DNA from: Prochlorococcus marinus str. NATL2A
GTDB taxonomy: Bacteria > Cyanobacteriota > Cyanobacteriia > PCC-6307 > Cyanobiaceae
Length of the DNA stretch: 32,000 bases
Direction: 5' to 3'
Assembly: GCF_000012465.1 (NCBI RefSeq)
Contig: NC_007335.2
Coordinates: forward strand, 900,001 to 932,000
Position 1 is the stretch's first letter. Each line of letters begins with the position of its first letter. A model generated the notes under the pieces. That model had not been told where the DNA came from and made no database searches. It saw only the letters and a list, made by a program, of their open reading frames with translations. Position numbers and translations under genes: made by a program. Shown piece after piece: positions 27,801 through 32,000 of this stretch.

Positions 27801-28856
27801 CTTTGGGGTACTGACAACATCAAAACTTATGGTGAATCATTAGCACAAATCCTTTGGTTTGTAGGAGTAAAACCAAAACCAGATTCTGTCGGAAGGGTAA
27901 ATAAATTAGAACTCCTTTCTCTTGAGGAACTAGGAAGACCAAGAATTGATGTAGTAGTTAACTGCTCTGGAGTGTTTAGAGATTTGTTTATTAATCAAAT
28001 GGCATTAATTGACCAAGCAGTAAAAATGGCTGCTGAGGCTGATGAACCACTTGATCAAAATTTTGTAAGAAAGCATGTCTTAGAGCAGGCAGAAAAGGAA
28101 GGTAAAAGTATTAGGGAATCAGCAAGCAGAGTGTTCTCAAATGCAAGTGGAAGTTACAGCTCAAATGTCAATTTGGCTGTAGAGAATTCAACATGGGAAG
28201 AAGAAAATGAATTGCAAGAAATGTACCTTTCAAGAAAAACATTTGCTTTTAATGCAGATAATCCAGGGGAAATGAATCAGAACAGAGACGTTTTTGAATC
28301 AGTCATGAAAACTGCTGACGTTACCTTCCAAAATCTTGATTCTTCTGAAATATCATTAACAGATGTAAGTCATTACTTTGACTCAGATCCAACAAATTTA
28401 ATTAAGAATCTTAGAGATGATGGTAAAGCACCAAGTAGTTACATAGCCGACACAACTACAGCAAATGCTCAGGTCAGATCATTAAGTGAAACTATTCGAT
28501 TAGATTCCAGAACAAAATTACTTAACCCAAAATGGTATGAAGGAATGCTTAAGTCAGGATATGAGGGAGTAAGAGAGGTTTCTAATAGACTTAATTACAC
28601 ATTAGGATGGAGTGCAACTAGTGGGCAAGTTGATAATTTCGTATATGAAGAATCAAACGAAACTTTTATAAATGATCCAGAGATGAGGAAAAGATTAATG
28701 GAATTAAATCCTCATAGTTTTAGAAGAATAGTTGGTACATTATTAGAAGTTAACGGGAGAGGATATTGGGAAACATCAGATGAAAATATTGAACAATTAA
28801 AAGAACTTTATCAAGAAGTAGAAGATAGAATCGAAGGGGTTAATACAGAAGATTAA
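24843..28856 (+). CDS. chlH: Magnesium chelatase subunit H
   Basis: The product is 1337 aa and looks like CobN/ChlH-family sequence throughout (for example [15 protein letters not shown] and [11 protein letters not shown]). Confidence 0.93.
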   Translation: MFTQVRSANRRVSPVENHKHKAVMKAVYVVLEPQYQNALTQAANSLNSQNGPIGIELNGYLIEELRDTNNYESFKKDIENADLFVASLIFIEDLAQKVVEAVEPHKDSLKAAVVFPSMPEVMRLNKLGTFSMAQLGQSKSIIGDFMKKRKEAGGAGFQDSMLKLLNTLPSILKYLPVDKAQDARSFMLSFQYWLGGTPDNLRNFLLMLGDKYVFPELNKEEEKIEVAEPEVFPDLGIWHPLAPNMFEDKKEYLNWTASRDDLSSKAKNGPVIGLVLQRSHIVTGDDAHYVAVIQELEYRGATVIPVFCGGLDFSKPVNEFYYDPINPDKPIVDGVVSLTGFALVGGPARQDHPKAVDALKKLNRPYMVALPLVFQTTQEWEGSDLGLHPVQVALQIAIPELDGAIEPIVLSGRDDATGKAHTLQDRVDAIAERAIRWSSLRIKKRDQKKLAITVFSFPPDKGNVGTAAYLDVFGSIYRVLEEMKEKGYDIKDLPKNPKELMETLINDPEALQGAPELSIAHRMSVKEYEKLTPYSERLEENWGKPPGNLNSDGQNLLIYGKEFGNVFVGVQPTFGYEGDPMRLLYSRSASPHHGFAAYYTYLEKVWKADAVLHFGTHGSLEFMPGKQMGMSETCYPDSLIGGLPNLYYYAANNPSEATIAKRRGYASTISYLTPPAENAGLYKGLKELGELVGSYQQLRESGRGIQIVNAIVETSKKCNLDEDVKLPEKDASELEIDERDLVVGNVYKQLMEIESRLLPCGLHTIGKPATAEEAIATLVSIASIEREDDGIRSLPGLLAESKGKTIEEVYEGNNKGKLEDVELNKLITETSREAVGSMVRSLTGRDGRVNMKKNIWTLIVEFLRGIGFAIPSPWQASAKKAGFENVNQGSLDKVFDYLRFCLEQICADKEMESLLKALDGDYVIPGPGGDPIRNPGVLPSGKNIHALDPQSIPTVAAVASAKGVVDKLIERQKEEQGTWPETIACVLWGTDNIKTYGESLAQILWFVGVKPKPDSVGRVNKLELLSLEELGRPRIDVVVNCSGVFRDLFINQMALIDQAVKMAAEADEPLDQNFVRKHVLEQAEKEGKSIRESASRVFSNASGSYSSNVNLAVENSTWEEENELQEMYLSRKTFAFNADNPGEMNQNRDVFESVMKTADVTFQNLDSSEISLTDVSHYFDSDPTNLIKNLRDDGKAPSSYIADTTTANAQVRSLSETIRLDSRTKLLNPKWYEGMLKSGYEGVREVSNRLNYTLGWSATSGQVDNFVYEESNETFINDPEMRKRLMELNPHSFRRIVGTLLEVNGRGYWETSDENIEQLKELYQEVEDRIEGVNTED

Positions 28857-28863
28857 TAATATT

Positions 28864-29715
28864 TTAAATAATTGACTTAGTCATTATTATAACTTGAGAA
28901 ATTTGTTTAACATCATGAACTCTTAGAATATCAACACCAGCACTTACACATCTAGAGGCTACGGCAGCCATTCCAAATATTCTTTTATTTGGGTCAGTTT
29001 CATTAATAACTGATCCAATAAATCTTTTTCTAGAAGCACCTATTAATACTGGGTAATTCATAGAAACGAATTCTTCTAAATTTCTCAGCAAAGTTAAGTT
29101 ATGATCGACATTTTTTGCAAAACCTATTCCAGGATCAATAATAATTTGCTCGTCTTTAATGCCTTTAGATAGTGCCACATCAATTTGATTGGATAATTCA
29201 TTTTTTACATCTTTTACAACGTTTGTATATACAGCTAAAGAATCCATTGTCATACTATTTCCACGACTATGAGTCAAAATATAAGGAGATCCATTATTAG
29301 CGATAACATTATAGATTTCAGGATCATGTCGACCACCACTAACGTCATTAACCAAATCGGCACCAATATTTAATACTTTCTCTGCAACAGAATGATGAAA
29401 GGTGTCTACAGAAATTGGAATCTCTGGATGTAATAACTTTAGTTCTTTTATTAATGGAACTAATCTTTTAATCTCAGTCTCAGGACCTACCTCAGATGCG
29501 CCAGGTCGTGTGCTCTGTGCACCAATATCAAGAATATTTGCTCCTTGTTTAATACATAATGATGCATGATTAATCGCAGAGGGGAAGTCTATGTACAGAC
29601 CTCCATCACTAAAAGAATCTTCAGTGATGTTTACTATTGCCATTATTTGGGTTTCTCGTTCCCAATGCTTAGGCTGGAAATTATTAGATTTTTTCGTAGT
29701 TAGCAATTCTGGCAA
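28864..29715 (-). CDS. folP: Dihydropteroate synthase
   Basis: The motifs [16 protein letters not shown] and [10 protein letters not shown] are present. The track start is TTG 29715 and the first ATG is at 29643. Conserved-looking residues upstream of that Met (HWERETQI) favour an upstream non-ATG start. Confidence 0.85.
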   Translation of the reverse strand: MPELLTTKKSNNFQPKHWERETQIMAIVNITEDSFSDGGLYIDFPSAINHASLCIKQGANILDIGAQSTRPGASEVGPETEIKRLVPLIKELKLLHPEIPISVDTFHHSVAEKVLNIGADLVNDVSGGRHDPEIYNVIANNGSPYILTHSRGNSMTMDSLAVYTNVVKDVKNELSNQIDVALSKGIKDEQIIIDPGIGFAKNVDHNLTLLRNLEEFVSMNYPVLIGASRKRFIGSVINETDPNKRIFGMAAVASRCVSAGVDILRVHDVKQISQVIIMTKSII

Positions 29716-30424
29716 AATTTGTAGGATCTAGAGATGCTCCTCCAACTAGTACACCATCAATATCTGACATGGACATGATTTCATCAATATTATTTGATTT
29801 TACTGATCCACCATATTGAATAATCACATCTTCGTAGCCAATCCACTTACGAATAAGTCCACAAATTCGATTAGCCTCATTGGCTTCACAAGTTTTACCA
29901 GTTCCAATAGCCCAGATTGGTTCATAAGCAACTATTAGTCTTTTTACTTCAATTCCTTCAAGACCTTGTTCAATTTGCCTTCGTATAACCCTTTCTGCTT
30001 CACCCATTTCTCTTTGTTGAAAAGTTTCTCCAACACAAACAATTGGAATTAACTGATGATCTTGAGCGGATTTTGCTCTTTTATTAATTTGTTCATCACT
30101 TTCACTAAAATATTTACGAGGTTCACTGTGTCCAACGATTGCACACTTAACCGAAAGCTCATTAAGCATTAGGGGAGAAACTTCTGCCGTATAGGCCCCA
30201 CTATCCTCCCAATGAACATTTTGGCTAGATAACGATAGATATTCATTTCTGTCCCTAATAAACTCAGACAGAGGGTATAGGGCTGTAAATGGGGGGGCAA
30301 TAACAATTTCCCTATCTTTTTTCGGAATATCTTTCAGTAGTGGAATTAATACACGCATGTACTCAATCGCTTCGGTACATGTCATGTTCATCTTCCAATT
30401 CCCTGCAATGACCGGTTTACGCAC
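29684..30424 (-). CDS. tpiA: Triosephosphate isomerase
   Basis: The motifs [17 protein letters not shown] and [12 protein letters not shown] are present. The GTG start is preceded by an AGGAG. Confidence 0.92.
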   Translation of the reverse strand: MRKPVIAGNWKMNMTCTEAIEYMRVLIPLLKDIPKKDREIVIAPPFTALYPLSEFIRDRNEYLSLSSQNVHWEDSGAYTAEVSPLMLNELSVKCAIVGHSEPRKYFSESDEQINKRAKSAQDHQLIPIVCVGETFQQREMGEAERVIRRQIEQGLEGIEVKRLIVAYEPIWAIGTGKTCEANEANRICGLIRKWIGYEDVIIQYGGSVKSNNIDEIMSMSDIDGVLVGGASLDPTNFARIANYEKI

Positions 30425-30429
30425 GCTAG

Positions 30430-30434
30430 CTCCT
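30430..30434 (-). promoter_or_regulatory. Shine-Dalgarno AGGAG for tpiA, overlapping the stop codon of the upstream S4-like gene
   Basis: The minus strand reads AAA TGA GGAG CTAGC GTG. The AGGAG lies 5 nt upstream of the GTG start and shares its A with the upstream TGA. Confidence 0.6.
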
Positions 30435-30652
30435 CATTTTTCGCTTCTTGCCAACTTACGGCCTAGAGGATCAGAATTTGGAACAATGTATGTTTCATTT
30501 GCAAAAGAAATTTGATCTCCATCAATTAATTTCCTACCTCTTCTTGTTTCCACCATGCCATTTACTGATATTTTTCCTGACTTAATAATCATTTTGGCTT
30601 CACCTCCAGTCTGAACGATTCCCATGAATTTTAAAAATTGATCTAATTTCAT
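30434..30652 (-). CDS. Small S4-like RNA-binding protein (YbcJ-type, ribosome-associated)
   Basis: The 72-aa product contains MKLDQFLKF.G...TGGEAK..I..G.I.VNG..ETRRGRKL..GD, which is the S4/YbcJ pattern. Confidence 0.7.
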   Translation of the reverse strand: MKLDQFLKFMGIVQTGGEAKMIIKSGKISVNGMVETRRGRKLIDGDQISFANETYIVPNSDPLGRKLARSEK

Positions 30653-30690
30653 TTACGTGCATTTAAATTAAACATTGATAGTTTGATGGA

Positions 30691-32000
30691 ATGAAACAAA
30701 AAAACAAAATAAATTTTATTTACCTGATAGGGAAACTAAAGGGACATTTGCCAACATTGCTTTTGGGTGGCATAAGCATGATTATATACGTAATTTGTTG
30801 GCCAATACTTGCATGGTTATCAGGCAAGTTAATACCTGCTATTGGTCAAGGCAATACAAAACAAGTATTGATTGTAATTTTACAAGCCTTAATTATTTTT
30901 ATCATTCAAAAAACAGCACAATATCTTCAAGATAGTCTTTTAGCAAAACCAGCATTAGCTCTAAGCCAAGACTTACGAACAACACTATTTAGAAAACTTC
31001 AAAAAACTAATATTATTTTTATCGAAAAACTTTCATCTGGGGATATTGCATACAGACTTACAGAGGATGTTGATCGAGTTGGGGAAGTTATCTATAAATC
31101 AATTCAAGATACAACACCGTCGATATTTCAATTATTAGCAGTATTTGGTTATATGATATTTATTGATTGGAATTTATCACTTGCAACGATCATATTAGCG
31201 CCTTTAATTGCTTTATTAGTAAGTGACTTTGGAGGGAAAGTATTAAAAGCATCTGAACAAAGTCAAGACAAAATCAGTTCATTAGCAGGTTTGCTATCAG
31301 AGGCAGTTCAAGGTCTACCCATGGTTAAAGCATTTGCTGTAGAAGCATGGCTTCAAGATGATTTTGATAAACAAGTTAAATTACACAAAGAGGCTAAATA
31401 TAAAATGCTAAGGCTTGTAGCCCTTCAGCACCCAATAGTGGGATTAATAGAAATAATAGGTATTTTAGGGATCCTCACAATAGGAACTTATAGAATACAA
31501 ACAGGAGGTATGTCTAACGAAGAATTTGGTAGTTATTTTACAGCCTTAATAATGTTAATTGATCCAATAAGCCATATTACTACTAACTATAACGAATTAA
31601 AGCAAGGACAAGCTTCACTAAGAAGATTAAATGAAATAACAAATAAACCAATAGAAATATCAAGTTCAGAAAGAGGCATTACTCCTGATAGAATAGATGG
31701 AAAGTTATCATTTAAGGATGTATGTTTCTCATATAATGATCATAAAGAGGTTATAAATAAAATTAATCTAGATATTGATAATGGAAAAATAATGGCATTA
31801 GTTGGACCTTCAGGAGCAGGAAAAAGTACAATCTTTTCATTAATTTTAAAATTCATAGAACCTTCTAGTGGATCAATATTTATTGATAATTATAATTTGA
31901 ACAAAGTAAACACCAATTACTTAAGAAGATTAATAGGTATAGTTCCACAAAAAACATTTATATTTTCAGGGACCATATCAGAAGCAATAAGATTTGGAAG
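30691..32000 (+). CDS. ABC exporter, fused permease/ATPase (MsbA-like), N-terminal ~436 codons (continues beyond the window end)
   Basis: The frame is open from ATG 30691 to the window edge and is therefore not in the ORF track. Several hydrophobic helices are followed by Walker A GPSGAGKST at about 31804-31830. Confidence 0.85.
   Translation, partial: MKQKNKINFIYLIGKLKGHLPTLLLGGISMIIYVICWPILAWLSGKLIPAIGQGNTKQVLIVILQALIIFIIQKTAQYLQDSLLAKPALALSQDLRTTLFRKLQKTNIIFIEKLSSGDIAYRLTEDVDRVGEVIYKSIQDTTPSIFQLLAVFGYMIFIDWNLSLATIILAPLIALLVSDFGGKVLKASEQSQDKISSLAGLLSEAVQGLPMVKAFAVEAWLQDDFDKQVKLHKEAKYKMLRLVALQHPIVGLIEIIGILGILTIGTYRIQTGGMSNEEFGSYFTALIMLIDPISHITTNYNELKQGQASLRRLNEITNKPIEISSSERGITPDRIDGKLSFKDVCFSYNDHKEVINKINLDIDNGKIMALVGPSGAGKSTIFSLILKFIEPSSGSIFIDNYNLNKVNTNYLRRLIGIVPQKTFIFSGTISEAIRFG

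Noticed and set aside
23881-28856. Locally higher GC in dapB and chlH (and in the ftsH fragment), considered as a sign of horizontal acquisition
   Set aside because: These are highly conserved core photosynthesis and biosynthesis genes. The modest GC rise fits amino-acid and codon constraints of conserved, highly expressed genes. No flanking tRNA, integrase or repeats mark an island.
28868-28890. An imperfect inverted repeat, AATAA(T)TGAC-tta-GTCATTATT, just after the chlH stop and inside the folP 3' end
   Set aside because: The stem is AU-rich, has a bulge, and is not followed by a U-tract. It is not distinguishable from chance in this base composition.
1-32000. A window-wide scan for tRNA/rRNA genes, CRISPR arrays, IS elements, integrases, toxin-antitoxin pairs or defence-island gene content
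   Set aside because: Nothing of the kind was seen by eye: no T-loop-like GGTTCGAATCC motifs in the gaps, no spaced identical repeats of 20 bp or more, and no recombinase-like ORFs. Every ORF of 60 aa or more is either a recognisable housekeeping gene, a conserved cyanobacterial hypothetical, or a shadow ORF.

Overview
The window is dense, housekeeping chromosome from a low-GC marine picocyanobacterium. That assignment is an inference: GC is roughly 30% by eye, the gene set includes chlH, a psb30/ycf12-like micro-ORF, a ycf20-like gene and cbbY, and the synteny looks like high-light Prochlorococcus. I support 32 protein-coding genes. Two are cut by the window edges and so are missing from the ORF track: an ftsH paralogue at 1-1005 (-) and an MsbA-like ABC exporter at 30691-32000 (+). 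One further gene is a 27-codon ORF below the track threshold. Gene order is: ftsH', rpmF, ycf20-like, cbbY-like, recJ, psb30-like, two half-size UPF0016 genes, an RNase II/R-like gene, ubiX, two hypotheticals, tldD, pmbA, fmt, a TerC-family gene, a hypothetical, mfd, a small membrane protein, a Trx-like gene, an MTase-like gene, two conserved unknowns, apt, a DUF2949-like gene, a ubiH-like gene, a membrane protein, dapB, chlH, folP, tpiA, an S4-like gene, and ABC'. I found no tRNA or rRNA genes, CRISPR arrays, transposases, integrases or compositional islands, so this does not look like an accessory or defence region. I cannot point to a convincing novel multi-gene system. The leads most worth a second look are: (1) an intact RNase II/R-family gene whose catalytic motifs are erased while its RNA-binding modules are kept; (2) the 357-bp recJ-UPF0016 gap (4384-4740), which holds the unlisted Psb30/Ycf12-like micro-ORF and, in its remaining ~280 bp, nested inverted repeats; (3) a split pair of UPF0016 cation-transporter genes; (4) an FtsH paralogue with no first transmembrane helix; (5) a same-strand run of conserved cyanobacterial genes of unknown function at 18.9-21.3 kb; (6) exact direct repeats in two promoter regions; (7) extreme gene packing. 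All family assignments come from reading motifs by eye and were not checked by any search.
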